DNA of 64,000 nucleotides, from assembly GCA_028710985.1 (NCBI GenBank), contig JAQTTB010000001.1, forward strand, positions 167,397 through 231,396, given 5' to 3'. The notes beneath the pieces were generated by a model, which was not told where the DNA came from, made no database searches, and saw only the letters and a list, made by a program, of their open reading frames with translations. The translations under genes were made by a program, and so were the position numbers. This document shows positions 8,404-17,486 of the stretch, in pieces. Source of the DNA: Patescibacteria group bacterium. GTDB taxonomy: Bacteria > Patescibacteriota > Patescibacteriia > JAHJFT01. Numbering within the stretch: position 1 is the stretch's first letter; each line of letters starts with the position of its first letter.

Positions 8404-10093
8404 TTACAATATAGTTTATCCCGTTCAATTTTTCAATTCCCAGATTGGCGAAATTTCCGGCCGCGCTCCGCCAGAGATTGGAAAAACCCCAGCCGTTCCA
8501 GCGCCAGACGGCAATGAACCGGTTTTCGCCGCCATAATCCCCCTCGATCGCCACAAGTTCGGGTTTGCCGTCTTCATCAATATCGTTTATGGCAAACTCG
8601 CGGTTCGGCGCGTCCAGATTTGACGACTGCCAAACCGGGGTCATTTTTTTATCCGCGTAATCAAACACGAAAAAATGATTTTTTACTTCCGCGCCGCCCT
8701 CTTCCCAGAAAGGATGCGAATCGCCGAAACTTCCGGATTTCCAGACCGACATGCTGATATCCGGCGCACCGTCGCCGGTTGAATCCGCAAGCGTAAAATC
8801 ATCAACCCACCAGTCCTCGGACGACTGCCAGACAATTCCCTCGCTCTCTTTTATAGTGAGCGTGCCGTTTTCCAAAATATATTGCTCTAAATTTTTGTCA
8901 TTATCCAGATCCTGCACCATAATTTTTAACAAATTATATTCCTGCGCTTCGCGGTCCGGATATATGGCCGGCCGCCCGGAAACCGCATCGACATTTCCGC
9001 GCACAATCATCCGGTTCGCGGTCTGAATCTTGAGCCTCGCCGCGATTGCCGCGCCGGTTTTCTCATCCGCAGGCTGGGGCTGGGCATAATCAAAAATTTT
9101 AACCGGCATTAATTCAATTTTCGATACGCCGGATTTTGTGAAAAATGCTTTTACCGCAATCCCGCGCCGCGTCTCCTCGGACCACATCTGGTCAAACACA
9201 AAATTTCCCAGTGAATAAAAAATATATTTGCCTTTATAAATTTCCGCCGACTGCACCACATGAGGATGATGGCCGATAACCATGTCCGCGCCGGCGTCAA
9301 CCGCCGCGCGCGCGAAATCCGTCTGTGTCCTGCCCGGCTCGGCCTGATACTCTTCGCCCGCGTGCATTGAGACGATCACGAAATCCGCCTCTCCCCGCGC
9401 GCGCCGCACCGCGCCCTGCATCTTCTTCGCGTCCATGACCGCGACATCCGCGTTTTTATTAACAAAATTATTTTGCGCGTAGGAGAGAAAAGCGAAACGC
9501 ATGCCCTTGATCTCGCGGTAAACCGGCGCGTACGGATCATCGGCCGCGCCGGAATATTGAATGCCTTCGGCATCAAGAAATTTATAAGTGCTCGCGAGGC
9601 CCTCGGCGCCGAAATTCAAAATATGATTATTTGCAAGCGACATTACCCGGAAATTGGCGTCCGCGAGCGCCCGCTCGGCTCCGGGATCGGCGTGAAAAAC
9701 CATTTCGTAAGTCTTAATTTCACGTCCCGCAACAATCGGCGATTCCAGATTGCCAAAAACCATGTCCGCCCCGCGGAGATAATCCCCCATCGCGCTAAAC
9801 GGATAATTTATATCCTTCTTTGCGCGCATCTTTGTCGCCACATCCCGCGATAGCATCACATCCCCCACGAAAATCAAAGAAGCCTCCTCCGGCTCGGAGG
9901 GAAGCTCCAATTTTCGCGCCTTAAAATTTGTAAATTCCGATACCGGCTGCGCGTCCTGCGCCGCCCCGACAGCGGTCGGGGACGGTATGATATAATTTTT
10001 GCGGCTCAAAATAAAAAGGCTCTCGTACCACAAAATTGATGCCGTGGCAATGGCAATGCTCGCACAAAAAATTATTAAAACGGATTTCTTCAT
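8390..10093 (-). CDS. CapA/PGA_cap family metallophosphatase with C-terminal FG-GAP/VCBS-like repeats, membrane anchored
   Basis: Start taken at MKKSVLIIF (the track ORF extends to 10162). LIFVGDVMLSR...GNLESP...SLANNHILNFG...VIGHHPHVVQ..YSLGNFVFDQ are CapA/YwtB-like motifs. The C-terminus has repeats of the type DIDEDGKPELV. Confidence 0.7.
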   Translation of the reverse strand: MKKSVLIIFCASIAIATASILWYESLFILSRKNYIIPSPTAVGAAQDAQPVSEFTNFKARKLELPSEPEEASLIFVGDVMLSRDVATKMRAKKDINYPFSAMGDYLRGADMVFGNLESPIVAGREIKTYEMVFHADPGAERALADANFRVMSLANNHILNFGAEGLASTYKFLDAEGIQYSGAADDPYAPVYREIKGMRFAFLSYAQNNFVNKNADVAVMDAKKMQGAVRRARGEADFVIVSMHAGEEYQAEPGRTQTDFARAAVDAGADMVIGHHPHVVQSAEIYKGKYIFYSLGNFVFDQMWSEETRRGIAVKAFFTKSGVSKIELMPVKIFDYAQPQPADEKTGAAIAARLKIQTANRMIVRGNVDAVSGRPAIYPDREAQEYNLLKIMVQDLDNDKNLEQYILENGTLTIKESEGIVWQSSEDWWVDDFTLADSTGDGAPDISMSVWKSGSFGDSHPFWEEGGAEVKNHFFVFDYADKKMTPVWQSSNLDAPNREFAINDIDEDGKPELVAIEGDYGGENRFIAVWRWNGWGFSNLWRSAAGNFANLGIEKLNGINYIVSDEY

Positions 10094-12387
10094 TCTGCCG
10101 TAAATTCCTGCGTCCAATCCGGTAACTCCGGCGCATCCGCTGTTTCGAGAAGCTCGCGCCACTTCCCGTCAGTCAGCCGGTCGCTCATCGGCCATGGAAA
10201 TTCATAATAAGAGAATGCTCCGCCCTTCGCGATGCGAAGCGCGCCGTCGATTGGAACAATCACGAGGATCTCCGAAACATTACCCACGCCCTCCTCGAGA
10301 ACATAACCCCTCGGATCGGTTGCCACATCCGCGATAATCGCCGCCGGACGGTCATCGAGTTGCGACACGGATAATATACCTTCGTTGCGGAAGGCTTCGA
10401 TCCAGAAATGTTCCAGCTGGCCGCCGAACGAACGGATTATTTCATATTCATCATCAGTGAGAGATACATTCTCAAGTTCTTTTTCAGAAATCGTCTTGAG
10501 CGAGAGCGTCAGCTCTTCCATGCGCGCGAGATTATCCTGATTGTCATCGCTCAAAAGATCGCGAATATCTAAACCCTCGCGCGTCATTTTAGTAAGCGCG
10601 GCAAGGCGTGCGTAAACATACGGATTGGGTTCAACATAACCGCGGTCGTCAACCTGCTCCTGGGGCCCGCCGCCAAGTTCGGCATAAACCTGCTTGGCAT
10701 AAAGAATCGTATCATGCTTGAGTTCGGCCCATGATCCGAGGTAAGTATTGATCTCCTTGCGCGCCCACGCGAGATTGGTCATAAAAACCGGATATCCGTA
10801 ATCCTTCTTGCCCGTAAGCGGCAAAATTGAATAAAGCCAGCCCCAGTAAAGATTCTGCGTCCAGGTTTCGGCATCAAGCCCCTTGATATATTCCCTCATC
10901 TTGCCCATGTTTTCGGGATAATTTTCATATTTCGTTTCTCCCGCCTGCTGCAAGATGCTGTAAGCCTCGGCCGAACCCATTGCCGCCGGAATATCCAGGC
11001 CCTTGGGCAACATGCGGCGCGCGCCGTCCGGATTTTCCTTGACCTCGCGGTAAACAAGTCGCTGAAAAACCGACGCATCAAGCGTGAAGCGCTGGCCCAT
11101 GAACCGGAAACCCAAAATCTCGCGCTCGCGGTCCGGATTCAGGCTTTCGTCAAATATCGGAATTGAATTGATTTGCGGCGGGGCAAGCTTTTTTGCCCCC
11201 TCCCAGAAATTCATGAATTTGTTCTCGTCGCCGAGAATTCCCGCGCTGTCGGTTTCAAGCCCGTAGACCTGCTCCACGAGTTTACCGAGATCGTAAAAAG
11301 AAATATCATCGCTCTTTCCCACGAAGAAATTCGTGGGCTCGTAAATTCTCTCCCACACGTCTTTGTTGCTCTCGTTCATGAGTGCCACGGTGATAAGGAG
11401 CGCGGAACGTGTCTCATCGTCGCTCTTGAAACGAAAAGTCATCCGGCCATACCACATCATTGATTTAAAATATGCTTTTAGTTCCTCACTTCGATCATAA
11501 TGCCCGCGTGGAATATATTGCGAATAATCTTCTTCGAGATTTTCAACCGGATTAACCGGCGCCTGCTCGCCATCGCTACGCCCGCCTGCCATCGCCTGGC
11601 CGGCGTAGGCCTGGCGGGCAGGCTCAGGCGTTAGCGGGCGAGCGCCTGCGTTCATGAGCGGCGAAACCGCGATCCCCTGGTGCGCGGCGATGAGAGCGAG
11701 CTCGGCATTCACTAGGTCACTGACGTAATCCGGAGTCTCAATGCTCGAATCGAGCAGTTTGCTTCCAACCGCGAAAAATCCGACGCTCCTTTTTGCCGCG
11801 TTCTCCCAGGCGGTGCCGCGCAGATCCTCATACTGCTTTTCGCTCTCCGCGAGCATCAGGGCGTTGAGATTCTTGAGCTCGGCCGCAAGATACTCCTCCT
11901 CCACGGTTTTCAGGAGATGATCGAACAAGAGATGATAATTATGCAAAATCGAATCCGTGGTTACAAAATTCGGAATATTGTCATATCGGTTCGATTCATA
12001 CACTGAAAAAAATTCTTTATACGCGGCCGGAATAACCACAAAAGCATCCTTTGCAAGTAGCTCCTCGGCGCTTGAAGAAAATTCAAATTTGTCCCGGTTG
12101 GTGATATTGGCAAAATCCGCTTCAACGGCGTAAATCGGCACCCGGGCGGTAAAACTGACCGGCACGGCCTCATAGTCCGCGAAACGCGACGCCACGGCAA
12201 CCGGCGGTTCAACCAAATCGCCGATCGCGTCGCCGATATTCTGGATGATGTCCCCGGTTTTTCCGCCGGATGAATAATTCGCCAGATACAAATAAACGCC
12301 CGCGCCCGCTAATCCAACAAGGGCGACGATCAAAATTATTAAAATCACGTTTACTCCGCGGCTCTTTTTTGCTTTTTGTTTGGGCAT
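10090..12387 (-). CDS. Large membrane-anchored hypothetical protein (765 aa)
   Basis: Long ORF with an N-terminal Lys-rich segment and TM helix (NVILIILIVALVGLAGAGVYLYLA), a Gly/Ala-rich linker, and 4 nt overlap with the downstream CapA start. No confident family assignment from sequence alone. Confidence 0.55.
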   Translation of the reverse strand: MPKQKAKKSRGVNVILIILIVALVGLAGAGVYLYLANYSSGGKTGDIIQNIGDAIGDLVEPPVAVASRFADYEAVPVSFTARVPIYAVEADFANITNRDKFEFSSSAEELLAKDAFVVIPAAYKEFFSVYESNRYDNIPNFVTTDSILHNYHLLFDHLLKTVEEEYLAAELKNLNALMLAESEKQYEDLRGTAWENAAKRSVGFFAVGSKLLDSSIETPDYVSDLVNAELALIAAHQGIAVSPLMNAGARPLTPEPARQAYAGQAMAGGRSDGEQAPVNPVENLEEDYSQYIPRGHYDRSEELKAYFKSMMWYGRMTFRFKSDDETRSALLITVALMNESNKDVWERIYEPTNFFVGKSDDISFYDLGKLVEQVYGLETDSAGILGDENKFMNFWEGAKKLAPPQINSIPIFDESLNPDREREILGFRFMGQRFTLDASVFQRLVYREVKENPDGARRMLPKGLDIPAAMGSAEAYSILQQAGETKYENYPENMGKMREYIKGLDAETWTQNLYWGWLYSILPLTGKKDYGYPVFMTNLAWARKEINTYLGSWAELKHDTILYAKQVYAELGGGPQEQVDDRGYVEPNPYVYARLAALTKMTREGLDIRDLLSDDNQDNLARMEELTLSLKTISEKELENVSLTDDEYEIIRSFGGQLEHFWIEAFRNEGILSVSQLDDRPAAIIADVATDPRGYVLEEGVGNVSEILVIVPIDGALRIAKGGAFSYYEFPWPMSDRLTDGKWRELLETADAPELPDWTQEFTAE

Positions 12388-12453
12388 ACTGTTTTTATTA
12401 ATTTTTCAAAATGTCTGGAATGGTCGCACAGTCCAATTTGGGACTTGCAAAAG

Positions 12454-13086
12454 CTAAATATTTTCTATTCTTTTATAACAAGTTAATTCGGCACCCTCAA
12501 TCTGAAAAGATTTTTCAAATTTAATTGCATCAGATTTATAAAAGGCTTCTCCGTCGAATGAAGGATCGTGAATTACTATCTCATCACCATTAATATCTAA
12601 TATAACCACCCTATGCAAAGAATAACGCGGCGGTTCTTCACCATATATTACCCATGGGTCTAGCATAACATCACAAACATAGTCTTTAGAAAAAAAATCC
12701 TTCAGCAAGGACACTGTCGGCTTTTGATAATAAAATTTAAAATTCTTACTTGCCAATAAATACTTAAGATCAACTTGATATTCGGCGGGATTAGCGATTC
12801 TATCGTTTAAAAAAATAAACGCCTTGGGGTCAATGTCTTCCCGAAATTTTGAGAATCCATCTTTCGCCCAAGTATTATAATTATTCTCACTAAAATCCAC
12901 AATCTCAACATCATTCTTTTCCACTAAAAACTTCCAAAAAGGAGCGAATCCTATTTCAGATTTTGTAATTTTTAAGATATCCTCCAGTGAATAATGCAAG
13001 CCCAGGGCATTCGCCACCATCGTGAAGTCTGCCGACGCGCAAGATGTTTCATCGATTTGTTTAATTTGAAGAATATTATATTTCAT
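12454..13086 (-). CDS. Papain-like cysteine peptidase domain protein (C39-like, putative)
   Basis: Very AT-rich ORF. A candidate Cys nucleophile sits in ETSCASADFTMVANALG (compare C39 NDCGxAxLAMI). A downstream HRVVILDINGDEIVIHDP motif is a candidate His/Asp region. No signal peptide. Confidence 0.4.
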   Translation of the reverse strand: MKYNILQIKQIDETSCASADFTMVANALGLHYSLEDILKITKSEIGFAPFWKFLVEKNDVEIVDFSENNYNTWAKDGFSKFREDIDPKAFIFLNDRIANPAEYQVDLKYLLASKNFKFYYQKPTVSLLKDFFSKDYVCDVMLDPWVIYGEEPPRYSLHRVVILDINGDEIVIHDPSFDGEAFYKSDAIKFEKSFQIEGAELTCYKRIENI

Positions 13087-13148
13087 TGTCTAAACCAATC
13101 AAATAATATAGTATATTAAGTGTATATTATATAAATTACAGCAAAACA

Positions 13149-14186
13149 ATGAAAAAATCAATGGAAGCAATATCTTTAAAGTGGGTAAGCCCTTTTTGGT
13201 ATTTAGGCTGTGATCAAAATTGCCAAGAATGTTTTATAGGTGAAAAAAATCGCGTAATTACTAATCTAGATATCAGGAAAAAAGCGATAGATACTCTGGC
13301 AAATAATAAAACCGAGGAAATTTTTTTATGTGGTGGTAACCCGATATTAGATCCGTTTATTGAAAAAACAGTTGAATATATCAAAACAAAAAAAATTTTA
13401 GTCGAGCTATTGAGCAACAGCTGGGATATTAATGGAAATAAATCTATAAAAAATAAAGAAAAATTTCTTCGTAATATTGATGATAGGGCCGCTACCTTTT
13501 GGGGAGGAGATGCTCAGACTCATGACAAAATATGCGGCTGCGTTGGCTCTTTTTCTAGATTAATGAATAACTTGGAAAAAATTTCCCGACAAGGATATCC
13601 TGTAATCTGTATTTTAAATGTCGTGCCGCAAAATAAAAATGACATTTATAAAACAATTAAAGAACTTAAAAGTAAAATTAATATAACTAAAGTCTGGTTG
13701 CAAAGAATATTCCCATATGGCAATGCGCTGCAAAGTGATTCTTCGACAATTTCGTTGCGACCTAATGATTTTAATTTAATTTTGAAACAATTAGTTAAGG
13801 CAAAGAATGATTTCAATTTAACGGATATATCTCTTGATTCAACTCCGCCTTTCTGCATGGTTGATAAAAAGTATTTCCAACTTATAGAAACATATAAGAG
13901 AGGGCTTTCGTTTTGGGCCTTAGATTATAAATGTAGATTATTTGGGGAATCTTTTGATGTTATAAATCCAGAATTTGCCCTGTTTGATGGAAAACCAATT
14001 TATGAAGTTGATAATCTGATCAATACAATCAAAAAAGATCCCCGAACGCAAGAGATCTTTGCCAAAAAATATTTACCCGAGAAATGCAAAATATGTGATA
14101 TCGATGAATGCTTCGGCGGATATTTAGTAAGAGATAAAGACGGACAATTAATAGTTGACCCCGTTCTATCAAAAAATTTAAGCTAA
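13149..14186 (+). CDS. Radical SAM enzyme with C-terminal SPASM-like Cys cluster (peptide-maturase-like)
   Basis: CDQNCQEC is the CX3CX2C radical-SAM motif near the N-terminus. FLCGGNPILDP is a GGEP-like SAM-binding motif. The C-terminus has CKICDIDECFGG plus earlier Cys (CMVD, CRLFG), consistent with SPASM/twitch auxiliary clusters. ~30% GC. Confidence 0.7.
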   Translation: MKKSMEAISLKWVSPFWYLGCDQNCQECFIGEKNRVITNLDIRKKAIDTLANNKTEEIFLCGGNPILDPFIEKTVEYIKTKKILVELLSNSWDINGNKSIKNKEKFLRNIDDRAATFWGGDAQTHDKICGCVGSFSRLMNNLEKISRQGYPVICILNVVPQNKNDIYKTIKELKSKINITKVWLQRIFPYGNALQSDSSTISLRPNDFNLILKQLVKAKNDFNLTDISLDSTPPFCMVDKKYFQLIETYKRGLSFWALDYKCRLFGESFDVINPEFALFDGKPIYEVDNLINTIKKDPRTQEIFAKKYLPEKCKICDIDECFGGYLVRDKDGQLIVDPVLSKNLS

Positions 14187-14903
14187 TTTACCTCCATCTA
14201 CGGGAAGGCAAACTCCGTTTATATAACTAGCTTCCTCGCTTATAAAAAATGAAATGGTATTCACTATTTCTAATAAATCCGCCATCCTACCGATTGGGGT
14301 AGACTGTTCATAATTTATAATTTCCCTTTTAAATTCTTCTGTATTTTTTGAGTAAAATCTAGCGGCATTAATTGCCATACCTTTTCTACCTATAGCGGCG
14401 GGACAAATAGAATTGCAAGTAATATTATACTTAGCATACTCTTTAGCCATTGTTCTCGTCAGTCCATTTAAAGCAAACTTCGTTACGTTATATGAAACAG
14501 TATATTCATATCCTCTTAAACCATTGATTGAAGAGATATTAACAATTCTGCCCCAATTTTGTTTCATCATATGAGGCAACACTAGCTTAGAAATTTTAAA
14601 AGGAAGCATTAAGTTTACTTCAAATGCTTTACGCATCATTTCATCTTTAACAGTATGGGTTGCCCCTCCGAACGAGCCGACTCCGACTGCATTAATTACA
14701 ATATCAAAATTTTTGGGTACTTTTCTTATATCTAAGTCCACGACCTGGATTGGACGGGCAGAAAATTTTTTACCTAAAGCTCCTGCTTCTTTTTTTGAAC
14801 TGTTATAGGTAAATGATATCTCATATCGTTTCTTGAGAGAAAGGATCTCTAGCAATTCTTTACCTAAAGCACCAGTACCGCCGGTAATTAATATTTTTTT
14901 CAT
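14178..14903 (-). CDS. Short-chain dehydrogenase/reductase (SDR) family oxidoreductase
   Basis: The N-terminal ILITGGTGALGKEL is a Rossmann TGxxxGxG motif. Y-x3-K is in YNVTK. 241 aa, typical of classical SDRs. AT-rich like its two neighbours. Confidence 0.8.
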   Translation of the reverse strand: MKKILITGGTGALGKELLEILSLKKRYEISFTYNSSKKEAGALGKKFSARPIQVVDLDIRKVPKNFDIVINAVGVGSFGGATHTVKDEMMRKAFEVNLMLPFKISKLVLPHMMKQNWGRIVNISSINGLRGYEYTVSYNVTKFALNGLTRTMAKEYAKYNITCNSICPAAIGRKGMAINAARFYSKNTEEFKREIINYEQSTPIGRMADLLEIVNTISFFISEEASYINGVCLPVDGGKLA

Positions 14904-14960
14904 AAAAATTAATTAAATTTGTTTATAAATGAATTATACCATTTCTTACTGCTTAAACAC

Positions 14961-14988
14961 AAAAAATCGCCGTTTAGGCGATTTTTTT
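14961..14988. terminator. Bidirectional terminator (aaaaaatcgccgtttaggcgattttttt)
   Basis: Hairpin atcgcc-gttta-ggcgat flanked by A6 and T7, lying between the SDR gene start region and tRNA-Pro. Confidence 0.6.
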
Positions 14989-15023
14989 AACTACTCGAGT
15001 CTCTAGATAAAAAAGTCTTTTAA

Positions 15024-15096
15024 TCGGGCTGACCGGACTCGAACCGGCGACCTTACCCACCCCAAGGGTACGCGCTACCAACTGCGCTACAGCCCG
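15024..15096 (-). tRNA. tRNA-Pro (anticodon GGG)
   Basis: Reverse complement: CGGGCTG-TA-GCGC-AGTTGGTA-GCGC-G-TACCC-TTGGGGT-GGGTA-AGGTC-GCCGG-TTCGAGT-CCGGT-CAGCCCG-A. A clean cloverleaf, 73 nt, with no encoded CCA. Confidence 0.8.
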
Positions 15097-15126
15097 GCAA
15101 AATATTATCGAAATGCTTTATTTTAG

Positions 15127-15185
15127 TCCCGACTTCCGCGAAGCGGAACGTCGGGGCGCTACAGCCTGCCTGCCCGCTAGGCAGG
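15127..15185. repeat. Two adjacent dispersed hairpin repeats: family A (cccgacttccgcgaagcggaacgtcggg) and family B (cctgcctgcccgctaggcagg)
   Basis: Family A recurs at 27771..27803. Family B recurs at 399..418 (inverted) and 45015..45034. Confidence 0.75.
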
Positions 15186-15262
15186 CCCGCTGATACAATA
15201 CGAGATTACCATCTTAAGTGCGGTTTGTAAACAAATTTGACATTAGAAAAAGCCTCCTTATT

Positions 15263-15306
15263 GTAGGGCTGTGCCGCGATACGAAACTCGTACCGCCGCA
15301 CAGCCC
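15263..15306. repeat. REP-like palindrome GTAGGGCTGTGCCGCG...CGCCGCACAGCCC
   Basis: Long GC-rich inverted repeat beginning with the GTAGGG head shared with the other REP copies. Confidence 0.6.
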
Positions 15307-15453
15307 TTAATAAAGAGGCCTGGAATCGAGGGGGTCGGAGGCAAGCCCCAATAATGGGTGCCGAAATCGGCAAAATGCTCGCTCCCCCTCCTCAATTACA
15401 TTAAAAAATATAATTGATTGGGGTTTGCGTCAACGTACATTATCCACAGCGTC

Positions 15454-15918
15454 TTACGCTGCCATCACTCCGCCGCCGGTTTCACTATTTTTCGCATATT
15501 GATTATCCAGATATTCCTGCGCCAAATCCCAGGCGGATTCAACGTCTTGATTGCTGAGTGTGGCGCGTGCCCCATGCGCCCCGTAAGAGGCTTCGAGACC
15601 CATAAGCGCCTGTACAAAATCCTGATTTAACTTGAGCGTCTCGATCTGTTCTTCCCGGGTGACGCCCGGCACCGGACGCCATTCAAATTTGGGATGCTTG
15701 TCGAAAAATTCCGGCAGCACCATATAGGCAAGTGCTTCAACCGCCTGGCGTCTTGGCGCATTTTCCGGCAATTTATTCAAATGTTCGCGCGCCGTATCTC
15801 CCCCGGCAGTTGATTCAAATTCTTCCGCCTGGACCACCGACTTAGCTTCGCGCATAATCTCTTCCGGCAGCGGCTGCTCGGGTCTCGGCCTACTTGTTTC
15901 GTATCCAAAAAATTTCAT
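15454..15918 (-). CDS. Hypothetical protein (154 aa, acidic)
   Basis: ORF with reasonable codon usage. No recognizable motif. Confidence 0.5.
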   Translation of the reverse strand: MKFFGYETSRPRPEQPLPEEIMREAKSVVQAEEFESTAGGDTAREHLNKLPENAPRRQAVEALAYMVLPEFFDKHPKFEWRPVPGVTREEQIETLKLNQDFVQALMGLEASYGAHGARATLSNQDVESAWDLAQEYLDNQYAKNSETGGGVMAA

Positions 15919-15936
15919 ATTTTTCTATTTAGAAAT

Positions 15937-16575
15937 TTATCCGAACATTATATCTTCGTCCACGCGTTTATAATCCTGAATTTCCTCGTTGTGAAACCAG
16001 AGCTGTTTTTCATATTCCGCCTCTTCGGCATTTCCCGAGGCATGCACCAGATTATGCACCGCGCGCTTACGAGCGTTTGCGAGAGCCGGCGAATCCAGCG
16101 AATAATCGCCGCGGATGGTGCCCGGTTCGGCAAAAACCGGAAGCGTCGCGCCCACCACCATGCGCACATTGTCAATCGCGTGCGGACCCTCAAGAAGAAT
16201 CGCCACCACCGGACCGGACGACAAAAAATCCATGTTCCAGCGGTTTACCATCTTTCCGATTTCGAGCGGGTTCTTGGTTCCGAGCTCTTCGCCCGGATCC
16301 TTACCGAATTTTTCATAAGTATCCAACGTTTTCTTTCCGATTCCCTCAAGAAGCGCGGTGCGCGCTTCGGGATAATGTTTGCCGGCAAAATCCTTGTCCA
16401 CCCAAATCATTTTCATGGCCGCGATCTTCAGTCCGGCTTTCTCAAAACGGGACACAATCTCACCCACGAGCCCCCTCTTAACGCCGTCCGGCTTAACCAG
16501 CACCAAACTTTGCTCTTTCGCGATGTCTGACATATTTTTAATCAATAATTGACTTAATTTATCATATTTTAGCAC
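15937..16575 (-). CDS. ndk: Nucleoside diphosphate kinase with N-terminal extension and an internal insertion
   Basis: The NDK core has LVLVKPDGVKRGLVGEIVSRFEKAGLKIAAMKM and the ...GATLP..A.PGTIRGDY active-site region. Canonical NDK is ~140 aa; this ORF is 212 aa, so the start may be at the internal MSDIAKEQ (~16533). Confidence 0.8.
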   Translation of the reverse strand: MLKYDKLSQLLIKNMSDIAKEQSLVLVKPDGVKRGLVGEIVSRFEKAGLKIAAMKMIWVDKDFAGKHYPEARTALLEGIGKKTLDTYEKFGKDPGEELGTKNPLEIGKMVNRWNMDFLSSGPVVAILLEGPHAIDNVRMVVGATLPVFAEPGTIRGDYSLDSPALANARKRAVHNLVHASGNAEEAEYEKQLWFHNEEIQDYKRVDEDIMFG

Positions 16576-16598
16576 AAAGCGCCGAAAAAATCAAGGGT

Positions 16599-17486
16599 TC
16601 AAAATGTAAAATTTTTACCGTCACTTGTAAATATTACCGTACCGCCTAAATCAGTTCGTTTAATTTCCATCCCCGCTCTTTCCAATCGCTTGATAGTCCT
16701 CTCCGACGGATGCCCGAAATCATTTCCTTGTCCCACTGATATCACCGCATTTTTTGCGCCAACCGCGAGCAAAAATCCTTCATCCGATGAATATTCACTG
16801 CCATGATGCCCGATCTTGAGGACATCGGCCGCAACATCCTGTCCCGACATAATGAGCCCGACTTCGCCCTCAATCCCGAGATCGCCTGTAAACAACGCCC
16901 GCGTCTCTCCATATCGCACCGCAAACACGATGCTCGTGTCATTTAAATTTTCCACGCGCTGGCCGGAAAATGATTCTTTCGGAAATAGAACCTCAAGCCT
17001 TACCCCACCGGGCAAACCTTCCTCGAACGGAGCATCCACGATTTGGGTGGTAATATTTTTTTCCTGAATCAATTTTAAGAATTCAATGTAATCGCTTGAA
17101 GTATGCAGGACCCCGGTCATATAAACTTTTCCGACATCATACCGCCGCAAAACCTCAACCAGCCCGGCCACGTGGTCGGAATGCGGATGCGTAAGCACCA
17201 CGGCGTCAATCGAACGGTCCCAAAAAGGCATGGCATCGCCAAGTTGTGTGAGAATCGATTTATCCGGTCCGCCATCAATTAAAATCTGATATTTCTCCGA
17301 CGTTTCAATAAAAATCGCGTCCCCCTGGCCGACATCAAGGGCTTCGATCGTGAGGCGCGGTCCGTCGGTACCCGCGGCCCGATCTCTCGAAATATCAAGA
17401 TACGCGTACACGAGCGCCGCGACCGCAAGAATGGCAATTAAAAATTTTGCGTGTTTCATTTTATACTTATAATCTTTTATTTCCAC
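16599..17486 (-). CDS. ComEC/Rec2-related metallo-beta-lactamase domain protein (competence)
   Basis: LDVGQGDAIFIET...VVLTHPHSDHVAG is the MBL HxHxDH motif in the ComEC C-terminal domain style. Overlaps the upstream ComEC membrane-domain ORF by 20 nt. Confidence 0.75.
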   Translation of the reverse strand: MEIKDYKYKMKHAKFLIAILAVAALVYAYLDISRDRAAGTDGPRLTIEALDVGQGDAIFIETSEKYQILIDGGPDKSILTQLGDAMPFWDRSIDAVVLTHPHSDHVAGLVEVLRRYDVGKVYMTGVLHTSSDYIEFLKLIQEKNITTQIVDAPFEEGLPGGVRLEVLFPKESFSGQRVENLNDTSIVFAVRYGETRALFTGDLGIEGEVGLIMSGQDVAADVLKIGHHGSEYSSDEGFLLAVGAKNAVISVGQGNDFGHPSERTIKRLERAGMEIKRTDLGGTVIFTSDGKNFTF

